From NCBI GenBank assembly GCA_032718475.1, contig JAUCBJ010003211.1, positions 1 through 33,394 of the forward strand: a stretch of 33,394 nucleotides of DNA, in the 5' to 3' direction. The notes under the pieces are model-generated. The model saw nothing but the letters and a program-made list of their open reading frames with translations, made no database searches and was not told where the DNA came from. Numbering within the stretch: the stretch's first letter is position 1; each line of letters begins with the position of its first letter. A program made the translations under genes and the position numbers. Source of the DNA: Nemertoderma westbladi. Lineage: Eukaryota > Animalia > Xenacoelomorpha. This document shows, in pieces, positions 1 through 12,865 of the stretch.

Positions 1-1234
1 CTTTATTACAGTTCTACTGTCAGTCCGCCCTAGGCTGTATCATTGTAATGGTACAGGTAACTGGTGGGCAGTAAAGGTTGCTGTATTGTATGTAGTTACT
101 AATTTACTATCAGTATTGCCTTAGTGCCTTATTACAGTTCTTCTGTCGGTCCGCCCTCGGCTGTATCATTGTAATGGTACAGGTAACTAACTGGTGGGCA
201 GTAAAGGTTGCTGTATTGTATGTAGTTACTAATTTACTATCAGTATTGCCTTAGTGCTTTATTACAGTTCTACTGTCAGTCCGCTCTCGGCTGTATCATT
301 GTAATGGTACAGGTAACTAACTGGTGGGCAGTAAAGGTTGCTGTATTGTATGTAGTTACTAATTTACTATCAGTATTGCCTTAGTGCCTTATTACAGTTC
401 TACTGTCAGTCCGCCCTAGGCTGTATCATTGTAATGGTACAGGTAACTGGTGGGCAGTAAAGGTTGCTGTATTGTATGTAGTTACTAATTTACTATCAGT
501 ATTGCCTTAGTGCTTTATTACAGTTCTACTGTCAGTCCGCCCTAGGCTGTATCATTGTAATGGTACAGGTAACTGGTGGGCAGTAAAGGTTGCTGTATTG
601 TATGTAGTTACTAATTTACTATCAGTATTGCCTTAGTGCTTTATTACAGTTCTACTGTCAGTCCGCTCTCGGCTGTATCATTGTAATGGTACAGGTAACT
701 AACTGGTGGGCAGTAAAGGTTGCTGTATTGTATGTAGTTACTAATTTACTATCAGTATTGCCTTAGTGCCTTATTACAGTTCTACTGTCAGTCCGCCCTA
801 GGCTGTATCATTGTAATGGTACAGGTAACTGGTGGGCAGTAAAGGTTGCTGTATTGTATGTAGTTACTAATTTACTATCAGTATTGCCTTAGTGCTTTAT
901 TACAGTTCTACTGTCAGTCCGCTCTTGGCTGTATCACTGTAATGGTACAGGTAACTGGTGGGCAGTAAAGGTTGCTGTATTGTATGTAGTTACTAATTTA
1001 CTATCAGTATTGCCTTAGTGCCTTATTACAGTTCTACTGTCAGTCCGCCCTAGGCTGTATCATTGTAATGGTACAGGTAACTGGTGGGCAGTAAAGGTTG
1101 CTGTATTGTTTGTAGTTACTAATTTACTATCAGTATTGCCTTAGTGCTTTATTACAGTTCTACTGTCAGTCCGCCCTAGGCTGTATCATTGTAATGGTAC
1201 AGGTAACTGGTGGGCAGTAAAGGTTGCTGCATTG
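1..1234. repeat. Tandem satellite, 126/130-bp unit, ~9.7 copies (open at window start)
   Basis: Units start at 1,127,257,387,513,639,769,895,1021,1147; 130-bp variants carry an extra TAAC. Confidence 0.97.
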
Positions 1235-1344
1235 AAGGAAATTATTTAGTCTGTTTACATTACAATTATTGGGAATATCATTCATCATTTATAATTTTTT
1301 AATAATCGTAATGATTATTTAAATAAATTTAAATATTAATTTAA

Positions 1345-1686
1345 TGAAACGAAACGAAAAGCGCTTCGTTATTATTCCGTTATTATTCCTAAATTATTCC
1401 GTTTCGTTATTTCCATGTATTTTTCTTTCGTTTTTCGTTTCGTTTAACATTTTTTCGTTTCGTTATTGCCAAATATACTTAGTTTCGTTTCGTTTCGTTA
1501 TTGCCAAATATACTTAGTTTCGTTTCGTTTCGTTATTGCCAAATATACTTAGTTTCGTTTCGTTTCGTTATTGCCAAATATACTTAGTTTCGTTTCGTTT
1601 CGTTATTGCCAAATATACTTAGTTTCGTTTCGTTTCGTTATTGCCAAATATATTTAGTTTCGTTTCGTTTCGTTATGGCATCCCTG
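1345..1686. mobile_element. 35-bp tandem array (~6 copies, TTTCG-rich) ending in a hAT-like terminus; probable partial MITE
   Basis: AGTTTCGTTTCGTTTCGTTATTGCCAAATATACTT at 1481,1516,1551,1586,1621, partial at 1656; ends GGCATCCCTG (reverse complement CAGGGATGCC). The partner end was not found. Confidence 0.6.
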
Positions 1687-4600
1687 ACTTAATATTAAGA
1701 TCTATAGAAAAGATACGGGAAGGGTTATCGTCTGTACATCCGGGACATGGTGTACATGTACTGTTGTAGATGTGGTTTGTTTCATAAAAACAGTTCGATT
1801 TTATTTTGAGTTTATTTAGATTATTTTATTTTGGCACAATGTATTTTTTATTTTTTTAACCTGACTGTAAATAAGGTTGAATATGTATTGTATATAATGT
1901 ATATAAATTTATCGATATGAAATTCAAATTATTTCTTATTGAATACTTTTAATATTCTTCATTATTGGGGTAATAATATAAAAATTAGTGACATTAAATG
2001 TGGCGATTCATCGAAATATGGCGCAGTGGTTGGCCGAAATTACGGTTCTGGGTCAGATCAAGATCATACTTTGTTTTCGTTAAATACAAGATCAATTAGC
2101 ACTATTATTATTTACCAAAGTAAAAGAGAGATCAGATCTAAATTTGGTCAAGGATCATTATCATCACCTTCTTTCATTACCTTTCCCTCAACAAAGAACA
2201 ACTCATCTTACTCAATTGTCGATGACTTAAAGTCATATCAAAAGAAGCCCTACATAAACTTTCCTTGATGAAAGGGATTTACATTAAATTTTGTAATGAA
2301 CATTGAGCTTCCAGTGATAATGAATGAGGCCCCCGAGTGGTTCAATGTTGGTTAAATAGTAAGGCAACGAGCGCCTTTCACTATGTCCGTCCTGTATGAA
2401 TTGGCAGTTTATTCCTGGGGAATTTCCTGACAAACAATCCTGAAAATAAGATTACGGTCATCTATCAAAAATAAATGGAATTTAGTTGGAACGGGGAAAT
2501 GCGATTAAGATCGTAAAGATTAAGTTGCATTGGGTCGTCCGGGCATAGAATCTACTTTATCTGACAAGCAATCCACGGTGAGAATGGGGCCCATAGAAAC
2601 TGGTCGACATTTCGCGAAGTAATTGACTGGTTCCCTCTTGGGAACTGTTGGCATTAAGCGAATAACCAAATTGTCCTTTCCAATAATTGCATTTCATTGC
2701 GGAACTGCTACATTAGTTAAGAAAACTACAAACAATCAACGAGAATTTAGTCCAATAAAGTCCACTGATTTTAAGGTTACTGTCGTGGGGCAGACGTGAA
2801 CCTGGTTGGCAAAGCCCTGGGGGTTGGTGAGTCGGAGAGTTCTTGAACAACGGTTATAATGGTCAATATTCCCGATCTGACTAGTAGTTGAAATAATCAA
2901 AGTAAATGGTACAGTATAACGAAAATTAGTTTATTCGATAAATATCATGAAGGTGGGGTAACAATATTACCCAATATTATACAAAAAATACTTTTGAGAA
3001 ACAAAGAAAAGCGAAACACTTTTTACATTTGTTTGTATTCATTTTTGCTTTTGGCGCGCACACTAGGATTGTGCTGAGATAATTCTCGTATGACCTGTCC
3101 TGGCTCGTACTACTACAAACTACATGTCATATCTGGCGAGATTTTCTCAAAACTTAACACAGCTTTATAGTTTTCATTTTGCAAATCGAGATATGGTTTT
3201 TTTTTATGTGACAAAATTTAAAAACTTCAATAAAAAACCTTAAATAATAAAGTCTGGTCTATATTTGATTGGTAAAAATTACTAGGCCCTATTTCACTCT
3301 CTAAAATTGAAAATTATTATCCTCGATAAATTTTCTCCAGGTACCCCCATAAACGTTTTCTAGTTGGCCCTTGCGGTGATCACAAGAAACCATGTACATA
3401 TACGTTTGTATATATGCGCCGTGGTAATTTTAATAACATATTCATCGAGATACGAAAGCTATAACAATAAGATAGCAGCTACACTGTAGTCAAAGAGATA
3501 CAAGTACGACAGCTATTTTGTCAAGAATGCCACCAGGGAAATATGTTTTTGTCACTCTGGTGTCTTTAGCCTGCATTTCAATTAGTTTTGGTAATTTGGT
3601 CAATACATTCTATGTTAAGTTTGACGGCTATTGTTCAACCAGGGACAGCTTTTATTGAAAAAGCCACGCGCCATAGCCAGAGGCTGAATGCTACCGTGCA
3701 ATAAGTTGTATCGCCGGTGGTTGATGTATTAATCATGAATTACGTTTGTACTGTAGTTGAGGTTAGCACTAATGTAAGAATTATTAGCAGCCACTTTAAT
3801 GTACAGTAATGCTCCCATGCGCAGGTGCTCTTAGAGCGATTATGTATTATTATTATCACCGGTTTAAATTTGTACTGCCAATATAATAATAGCCAGCATC
3901 ACGTTACTGGCTTGACCTATCCCACGATCGATTGTGTACTACATGTGACATTTACAATAAAGTTCAACAACATATTTTCTGGGATGATAAAGTCCTGAAG
4001 TGCCGATCAAGAATTTGAAGCTGAGTTTCATTCGTAAACAAAGTGGCAATAATGCAAACTTTATATAATTTTCCCGTCTTTCTTAAACTCCATGAATTAT
4101 GTATCTTCGCAGAACCGTTGAAGAGTTGATTGTTTGAAGATTTTTTGAAGTCGCGATTTTGGTTTGAAGGTCTAACTATTCTGGATTGTCATCTCCAACA
4201 TTAAAAAATACCTCCAAAATAACCATAAACCCTTGGACACCAATATATGAACTGATAATTTAAGTTTCCATATAAAATATATTTGTTATTCAAACATCTT
4301 AGTTACAAATTTATATACTGAAAAAAAATATATAAAAAAGTCTACAAATTTCGTTAATTAAAATGCCCCAGCTTCGCCCACGTCCTATGGTGGCCCACAG
4401 TGAATCTTCGCCCAAGAGGAACCTTAGCCCGTAATCGACGCATATGAGCAATATTGATGGAAAAAACTTCAAATGTGTGAAAAAATTCCAAAAAAATATT
4501 TTTTTGGTTATTTTTCAAAAGAAAAAGCCGTAAAAAGGGCTTAATTCTAAAACGGAAGTAAACAAGTATGCCGGCAAGTGTACAGGTACGATCATCGAAA

Positions 4601-6670
4601 TTCGTTACATTATAATTACCGTGTGAAATTATGTCATAATTATTAAAAATAACAATTAGCAATAACTAATATTTTCCTAAATATATTACAGATACAACAG
4701 AATCTTGACAATATTATGCCACCCGCCATGTTTAGAAAGGATTCTCCTTTAGGTAGGACGCCTCTTAATGATGTCGGGCTAGGTGTGGCATCCCTGCATT
4801 GCCGGCAGTACAAACCCCCGGTCCTACGGGAATCGCAATTCCCAAGACGAGAGACGCACATCACTGTAGGTGGCTGTATAGCGTTATTGCTTAACCCAGA
4901 GGATTCCTACCCACCCAATGCATTACCGGTTCTTTACAGTAGCAAGTGGGTTCATCAATTTGATTTGGTTAATCCACTCACCGGCCCAGGTACCAATTAC
5001 GGTCACCATGGCGTTCACAATCCTGCATAGTTTCAGTGGTGTGTTGGCCAAGCCCGGATATAAGACTACTAAATCTACTTTTTATTTTCCAATTAGAAGA
5101 ATGTCAAAGCGAACCACAGTAGATGGTTGTAAAAACCTAATAATATTTAGTGGTGCGAATTAAATATTTATCCACCAATATAATTCACCAAATTACCTTA
5201 AATAAAATATGAACTTCTTTAAGAAGATAGGGTGAGGGGAGTGGGGGAGTGGTTTGGTGCAATCAAAATTTAACCCTCCATGGGAAAAATCAACGCGAGA
5301 GAATAGCAGTCGTTACAAATAAACATCAATCTGTAATAAACAGTGCCATTAAATTTCGCTTATTGCACTGATTAGAATAACATGCCACTATTATACACCT
5401 GGTCAGTTCATATAGCCCTAGCCCTATATATATATTATAATAAATACCGGTATATTAATTCACCGAGATGGGATTTGCGCATCAATTTTCCCTCAAGGAA
5501 GAAATGAAAATCATAGATAATCACTAACTCATAACTCGGACTTGTTGTTTGTAATAAATGTATTACAATATCTAAAAGTACATTATCATAAACATAACTA
5601 AAATATATCAACAATAAATCTTGAAGGATCGCGAGAAATACCTAAAGCAGGATTAGTCCACCATGGCAAGACGTTTTGTTTGAATGCTTCCACCATACCA
5701 ATATCCCAATATTATGTGGACTGGACTACTATACAGTTATACCCACTAGCGTAGCGAGGGTAGGGTCCCAGGGCCCCGGGACCCTACCGTGGAGATTCCA
5801 ACTTACACTAACTCTGAGAGCATTTTGCCATCGTCAAGTTCCGTTAAATTAAAAAAATTATAATGACAAGTGCAATAAACCGAATATTAGAAATTATTCG
5901 AAGTTGAAGTTGCTTTGGAAAGGAGCCCGACCCCAGACCAGATACAATCCACATTATCCCAGGCAGGTTGCCAAAGAAAATAAGTAGTAGAAAGGAGACC
6001 ATATACCCCATCAAAGTGTTGTAGCCAGGCCTCCAGCCACACTACCAATAATTCCCTCAGGCACCCCCCCCCCCCCCCCCCCCCGCCCCCATGATAAGGC
6101 ATCATAATATCATACAATGTTCTTAGAAAGCCAGCTTATTACTTAGGCCTATATTATATAATCTCTCAACCAGTTTAATAGTCTGTAATGTAAAGCAATG
6201 AAATGGAGCCCAATTGACCACTGCAGGGGGGCGCCCACTGGCTCCTGCCTTGGTTTCTGTGCTTTGATTAGACGACGTCGCTGTGCCTTGCCTGTCAAGC
6301 AGGGTTCAATATATACCAATGAAAGATAGCATAAATAAGATAGGCACTCTGACTCTGATGTAATATAATGAATTATGTAATTTTTTCTGGGTACACTGAC
6401 CAACGTGATTGGATATTGCGTAGCTTGTCTTGCCGAGTCACAACTAAATAACCTGTGGGTGGCTATGTATTTTAATTCAATATTATTATTAATACCATGA
6501 AAATTACTTTGAAATGTAATTAATTAGAACATTAATTTTTTTTAACAAAAAAACGTTTTTTTTTTACTTTCAATAAATCAAAAAAGTGTATTTAATAATG
6601 TACCGGTACCATAATTAGTTCAATTTCAAAATGTGGCAGTTTATAAAATAATATACCATGGTGTGGGGTG

Positions 6671-7160
6671 GGGGATTGTTTCACGAAGCGACATTTAACT
6701 AAATGGAAATCGCCGATTTGTAAATAAGGTATTTAAAAAACGGAAGCACATTTAAATTTTACGTCCCTTAATTTAAATGACATGAATTGAAATTTGCCTA
6801 CTGTCATTTTGCAATACTTTTATGTTATCAATACATGTTGTTATGATTCCATGGTAGTAGGGCCTATAGTACTAGTTTTTAAGAATAAGTTAACTGTTCT
6901 TAATAGAAATATTATTAAATTTACTGAAAAGCCATGACAGCATGACGACCAGACCAGTTGCTATGCCGTATAACTATTATTATGTTAATGAGTTTAAATG
7001 ACACATCATTACGTAAATGATTTAAAGCTAAATGACAGGGGGATAAATGACACGCGAATAGCAGTTTCTTGAAACATAAAAACTTTCTGTTATAATTAAA
7101 GTATTATTTTTAATCTTTCCAATTAAGCCAAATTAAATGACCGTATGTAAAACAGTCCCC
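6671..7160. mobile_element. MITE with GGGG termini (PIF/Harbinger-like), nested in the hAT-type element
   Basis: GGGGATTGTTTCACGAAGCGACATTTAA versus the reverse complement of the right end GGGGACTGTTTTACATACGGTCATTTAA; internal TAAATGAC subrepeats; TSD not resolved. Confidence 0.6.
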
Positions 7161-7393
7161 TCAGTTTAATTATAATATTAATTTAATTTATTAATTCAAT
7201 TTCATTTGTAATTTCAGTAACTTACTTTATAACTATGATTTTATCATATTAATTCTTAATAGCGGATTTTCTAAATTACTCATCTTTACTGGGGGGGGGG
7301 GGGGGGGGGGGCGGCTTTACTGGGGGAATGAACATGTACTGGTGCGCATTACTCAGAATGAGTAGTATACCGACTAATGTACTACAGGCTACA

Positions 7394-7739
7394 GGTTGTG
7401 TGCAACCTTCGCCCGAGTACAACCTTCGCCCGCGACCCAATATTCGCCCGCGTCCACACTTCACCCCGGGGAAAACCTTCGCCCGCAAGGCAATCTTCCA
7501 CCGCGAACAACCTTCGCCCAATAAGATTTGTGTTAGTAACCATTTTAGTTACCAATTAAGGGAAAGGAGCAGGTTACAGAGACGGCTTCTTCTAACCAAA
7601 ACAATAAACGATGTTGTTACCAATTTAGGGTAAGGAGCAGGTTACAGAAACGGCTTTTTCTAACCAAAAAAATAATTGTTTAGTTGGCGATGGTTGCTCG
7701 CGGAGAAGATTGTCTGCGGGCGAAGTTTGCTGCGTACCC
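7394..7739. mobile_element. Foldback-type element with CAACCTTCGCCCG subrepeat arms and two core modules
   Basis: Repeated CTTCGCCCG on the left, inverted CGGGCGAAG on the right; core AAGGAGCAGGTTACAG at ~7554 and ~7622. Confidence 0.65.
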
Positions 7740-8688
7740 TACTAAACATTACACATCACGTGTGGCGGGCATTTTGTTAAAATTCCAAACAATCACACCT
7801 GGACTACGCTGGGGGGGGGGGCTCTTCCCCCACACCCACAACTACTATAAATATGAATTACAATTTGGGGTCTGGGACCCTACCGTGGGAAATTCCTGGC
7901 TACGCGGCTGGTTATACCTCGACCATCCTTATTGTAATCCTAGCTTATTCGTGCTTTGATATATTATGAATTCTGTCGAACGTGTACCTAATGTAGGTAT
8001 CATAAGGTTTTCGGTCCAACTCTAAACTTACAATGGCATATTCCTAAGCGCAGCCCACCCACTCTGTATGTCGTCCAATAAACTTAATATTCCTGCCATT
8101 ATGCATAGGATAAATAGATCTACCTTCGGGAAACTGGGCAACCAAATAGTAATGTCTGACCTCCCGTGGTGGCTGTGTGCTCCCCTTGCGCACCCAGCTC
8201 AGGCCTTCACACAATAACCTTATCTGTAAAAATGGACGTGCGCCTGTAGATAGAAAGCAAAAGGCGAGGGAAAAGAAATATGTTGCAGGGCTGGTTGTAA
8301 TTAAACTATTATCTCCCGGGAAGGTGCCCATGCCCAATAGAGAGTCCAGAGACTCCCCACCCCTGTTGAAAGCATAATATAAAACTTCGGTTACGGTTCT
8401 ATGATTTAGGCCTATGAGTACCGGTATGCTTTCGATATGAACTAGAGATAATCGTATCAGTAGTCAGTGGGGAAATGGGCATGTTCTGCCCACCCACCTC
8501 TTATCATTATGCACTTGAGGCATTATTATATCCTCGTAACATTAATGTAGGTACACCCCCACAAACGACGCAATATCGTACCATTATCACAGGACTACTT
8601 ACAGTATTGTGGACTGAATGATAAATACAGGTGGTTAGTACGTAGTAAAGGGTATTAGACGCCGGTCATTAGTTATTGGAATTGGACA

Positions 8689-8895
8689 GGTCTATTGGAT
8701 ATTTAGTGCCCGCGAGACATTAGTGCCCGAGGGGCGGTATTGGGTGACCCGTGCCCGCGTGGCAGTAGTGAGTTTAGTGGGTGCCTGCGAGATATTAGTG
8801 CCCACGATACATTTGTGGCTTTGATACATTAGTGCCCGCGAGACAGTAGTGGTTGCCCGCGGAGTTTATTGCCCGCAAGACAGTAGTGGACAGTG
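8689..8895. repeat. Degenerate ~17-bp subrepeat array (ATTAGTGCCCGCGAGAC), probable transposon arm
   Basis: About 8 degenerate TAGTGCCCGCG-like copies; a similar motif at ~11224; possible weak inverted partner at ~9228-9255. Confidence 0.5.
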
Positions 8896-9794
8896 AAATT
8901 ATATAAAATATCAGATTCCCATTACATTTTTATTTTATTGTTTTTTAAATGATTTATGTAAAAAATGGTTTGTAGTGAAATTACAGTAATTCATAATAAT
9001 CATACTCTAGTGTAAAGCTACATAAAGAACCTATAACAATTAATTAACACATTATTAATCTAAGCATGAAAACAATTACCGTATCAATGAGTAGATTGGG
9101 TGTGAAAGAGACAGCGTTAGCACATGTTCTTATATAGCAGCAATTAATATTATAAATAGCCTAAAAACCAATTCTGTGGGAATAACGCAAAAAAGGTGTG
9201 AAATCACAATGTTATAGTTGGGCTTGGGCGGGCTTAATTAAATATTAATAGAGATCTCAGTGTTACATTACCGCGCAGCAAGTCAGCGTGCTGTCACTGT
9301 AAAGTGAATTTGAACTGAGTCTTAATAACATGAACTTGATTGCTGAATTTACAAACCAAACACCCCCTCCAATTAATATCATTCTAATTCACAAAAAAAA
9401 ATCAAAAGCGGCAAAAACAGAAATAACTGGAACGAAGAAAATTAAAAATTGAATAATATTTTAGATTAATTACAATTAAATTATTATTATAATTACAATA
9501 TTAATATTAAATTAAAACATTTAAACTAATACGAGTTATTTCCCGTCTGCAAGTTCCAGGAATAGAAAAGTGATGTTATTATACCAACAACTTTGTACCG
9601 GTTACGGTTACCCCGGTAACAACATAAATAAACAATATTATGACGTAACAGTTTAAAAAAATTGATAAAAAGAAAAAACTCTGCTTATACGACATAACAT
9701 ACTAATTGGGTTGGTTTAACGTAATATTAAAAAAATAATATTAATTACTATATATCACTATATATAGGCCTACTTTTTTGTGATGAATGCCAAG

Positions 9795-10114
9795 TATGAG
9801 GCGCCGTTAACGCCAAAAGGTCTGCAATAATATTAAAGGTTTTAAAAAGAATAAGAATTTCAAAACATACAGAAATATTTTGTTACATTTTTTCAGCTCT
9901 TTCATTTGATGTCATTTTCGGCCGAAATCTCGACCGAATTTCAATTTACCCTCCAAACTTGGGAAATCACGAAATATTTCATCAAATGAAAGAGCTGAAA
10001 ATGTATTAAAATATTTCGGTCGAGATTTCGGTCGAAAATATGTTTTGAAATTCTCTAATATTCTTTTTAAATCCTTTATTATTGCTGACCCTTTGGCGTT
10101 AACGGCGCCTCATA
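9795..10114. mobile_element. Near-palindromic MITE, TAT...ATA termini, 6-bp TSD (IS3EU-type)
   Basis: TSD GCCAAG at 9789-9794 and 10115-10120; TIR TATGAGGCGCCGTTAACGCCAAA / TTTGGCGTTAACGGCGCCTCATA. Confidence 0.85.
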
Positions 10115-10288
10115 GCCAAGCATTCGTCCAAATTTGTGCAAATAAAAATCCTAATTGATTATTTAACAGATTCGAATATAATATTACATATATTTCCTGA
10201 TAATTCAGAATAACATTTTTTGAACTTAATTTCCAGTCAACAAATCCCTCCCCACGGAAAGATTGACGCTAATAAAAGCTGATTACTC

Positions 10289-10739
10289 TACGGTGGTGAT
10301 TTTGGGACACTTCGTTCTTTCATTGAGCTTTTACTTTACAGTTTTCCGCAGATATGAAAAGCAAAAAGTTTATTATTAGTTTTTGCTTTCTCCTTTTCAG
10401 AACTGTGTAATATTTTAATAGGCTATAGACCTACAACTGCTGTAGGACAGTATGTAGGTCAGGTGGACACTAATACCGGTAATAAACTTTTTGCTTTTTA
10501 TATTTCTGAAAACGAGAAAGCAAAAACTAATATCTAAGTAAACTTTTTGCTTTACACATTTCTAAAAAGGAGAAAGCAAAAACTACTGTAACAATAAACT
10601 TTTTGCTTTACACATTTCTAAAAAGGAGAAAGCAAAAACTAATAATAAACTTTTTGCTTTTCATATTTGCAGAAAACTGGAAAGCAAAAACTCATGAACC
10701 TTTGAAAAAATAACAAAGTGGCCCAAAATCACCACCGTA
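10289..10739. mobile_element. MITE, TAC...GTA termini, 6-bp TSD (IS3EU-type)
   Basis: TSD TTACTC at 10283-10288 and 10740-10745; TIR TACGGTGGTGATTTTGGG / CCCAAAATCACCACCGTA; internal AAAGCAAAAA/TTTTTGCTTT subrepeats. Confidence 0.85.
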
Positions 10740-11574
10740 TTACTCGCAAAAATAAAACTGTAATCTGTTTCGACTTGCGCTTATTGTTTTGGTTAGAATA
10801 ACGCGCCAATGTAACCTGTTCCTTTAGCTTAATTGATATCAAAGCTCGCCGTACACTAGAGATGCATAAACAAATAAATTAATATAATATAATATTAATA
10901 TTGAGATAGACTACATTTCCTGAGTACCAAGCGCTTTTTAAAACTTGGTTCTACACATTCGAATGTCTCCATCAATTAGAGCCAAAGTTGCATCAAATGG
11001 ACATGCGAGTATAATTATATGGTTCTTCTCACAGTTTACCATATAACTTTTCCATAACGCCAGCCGCCGGTCTCTTGAAATTTATTGAATTTATCCAACG
11101 ACAGACAGGGAAAAAAATTCAATTGATATATAAAATTTGATTAAATAACGTAAAAGTTTTCAATATTTAGAAAAAAACAATGCATCTTGGATCTCCAGTG
11201 TGCGGTGGGTGGTCTTGGGACGATAGTGCCCGCGGTGGGTCCTACAATATTATTATTAATTGGCCGAGATTAGATTTGAGTCGATTTCATCCGGCCCTCT
11301 CCCCTGTCTCTAAATTGATGGGCATGGTTGCTGTTTATTCGCCCTTAGAGGACGCTAATCTATACCTATAAAAATCAAATTCTCTCTCTCTCTCTCTGTG
11401 TTCGAACTCCTCCAAAACGGGCAGAGGGATTGCGCTGGAACTTGGCATGTGTGTATAACTTTAACCAGCGGTCGTTATAGGCCACTTTTCGAAAAGTTTA
11501 ATTCACGTTCGGTACCGGTACTGGGTACCGGTACGTCAGTAGGCCTATGCCGGTACCAGTAGGCCTATGCCGGT

Positions 11575-12865
11575 AAAGCTATACAATAGGATTCTATTAA
11601 ATCGCATCAGGGATCCCATTGAGAGACTGCTCCGTGGAAATAAGAATGGGTTCCGTAAAGGTCGTGGGACCATGGAGCCCATTTTGGCACTTAGGATAAT
11701 TGAAGAATTATCAAAAAAGAAAGACAGGCATCTGGCTGTTATCTTTGTTGACTTCTTCAAGGCCTTTGATTCAGTCTCTCGCTCACGTATGTTCAGCATA
11801 CTTTCATTATATGGGATTCCTGATGAAATTATTGCAGCAATCAGATCAGTATACGATGGTTCGACAACATTTCTGTCTACTGTTGATGGTGACACAGAAC
11901 CATTTGAAGTATTATGGGAGTCCTCCAAGGAGACTCACTTGCGCCATTCTTGTTTATAATTGTGGTTGACTATGATCTACGCATGTCCTTAGATCATCAT
12001 AATGATAATGAGGTGATGATAACTCCACCTACTGGCTCCAGAAGTCGAGGAACTACTCTCAGAATCACTAGAGGGAGCCCAACGGCTCCTCAGCTAATTA
12101 GAACATGTTGCTTCTAGTGTTGGTCTTTTTATTAACTACAAAAAGACCAAAATTTTGACAGTTAACTTTGAAAGTCCTCAGAAAGTCTCTGACCGGATGA
12201 GCATAAGCTCAAGGGATGGTATACTTGAGCATGTGGACGACTTCTGTTACCTGGGATCATGGATCCGGAAGTCAGGTGAGGACCTTCGAATACGTAAGGG
12301 AAAGGCATAGGCAGCCTTGAATAGGCTTTTCAGGATTTGGAAATCAAAGAGAATTAATCGGAAACTTAAGGTCCGAATATTTAGAGCAGCAGTAATTCCA
12401 GTACTCCTCTATGGGAGTCCATGCTGGGCTCTAACTGCTGAGGATACCAAATCTCTGGATGGCACATTCACAAGAATGCTACGCCGGGTTCATTGTTTCA
12501 AGTACAATGCGCACATCTCCAACCAGACACTATATAACATTGGAGGTGTCGCATTGGTTCCCCCAAGCTTGACACTAGAACAAAATCGCCTCCGCTTTGC
12601 AGGACATTGCTTTCGCCGTGAGGACCAGCCAGTGCATAATCTTGTACTTTGGCAGCCTCATGGAGTGAATAAGCATGGTGGACAGCCCATGACTTTCTTG
12701 AGACGCATCTTAAAGGACACTGGCCTTAAAGATGCGGATGATCTAGCAAATGTCATGGGTGATAGGGAGTTGTGGCGGTGCAATTTTGTTGACAAGCCGG
12801 CACAGCATTCTTAAAAATGCAGCTGCAATGCAGCATGCCGATCCTAGTAGTAGTAGTAGTAGTAG
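11575..12865 (+). mobile_element. 5'-truncated, inactivated RTE-like LINE (RT domain to 3' tail)
   Basis: RT motifs across frames: KLYNRILLNR, GFRKGRGT, FVDFFKAFDSV, GVLQGDSLAPFLF, GLFINYKKTK, DFCYLGS, RLRFAGHC. Has frameshifts and stops, lacks the (Y/F)ADD motif, and ends in a (TAG)n tail at ~12845-12864. Confidence 0.9.

Larger units (their letters stand above)
5744..7910. mobile_element. Non-autonomous hAT-type element with 8-bp TSD, enlarged by nested insertions
   Basis: GTTATACC at 5736-5743 and 7911-7918; imperfect TIRs CACTAGCGTAGCGAGG / CCTGGCTACGCGGCTG; subterminal GGGACCCTACCGTGG near both ends. Confidence 0.8.

Noticed and set aside
1939-2860. 109-aa ORF and following sequence as a gene, NUMT or Penelope fragment
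   Set aside because: The frames I translated by hand contain multiple stops and no convincing motif; BLASTX would be needed.
6218-6236. CTCF-like motif CCACTGCAGGGGGGCGC
   Set aside because: Several mismatches to the core consensus and it lies within a transposon nest.
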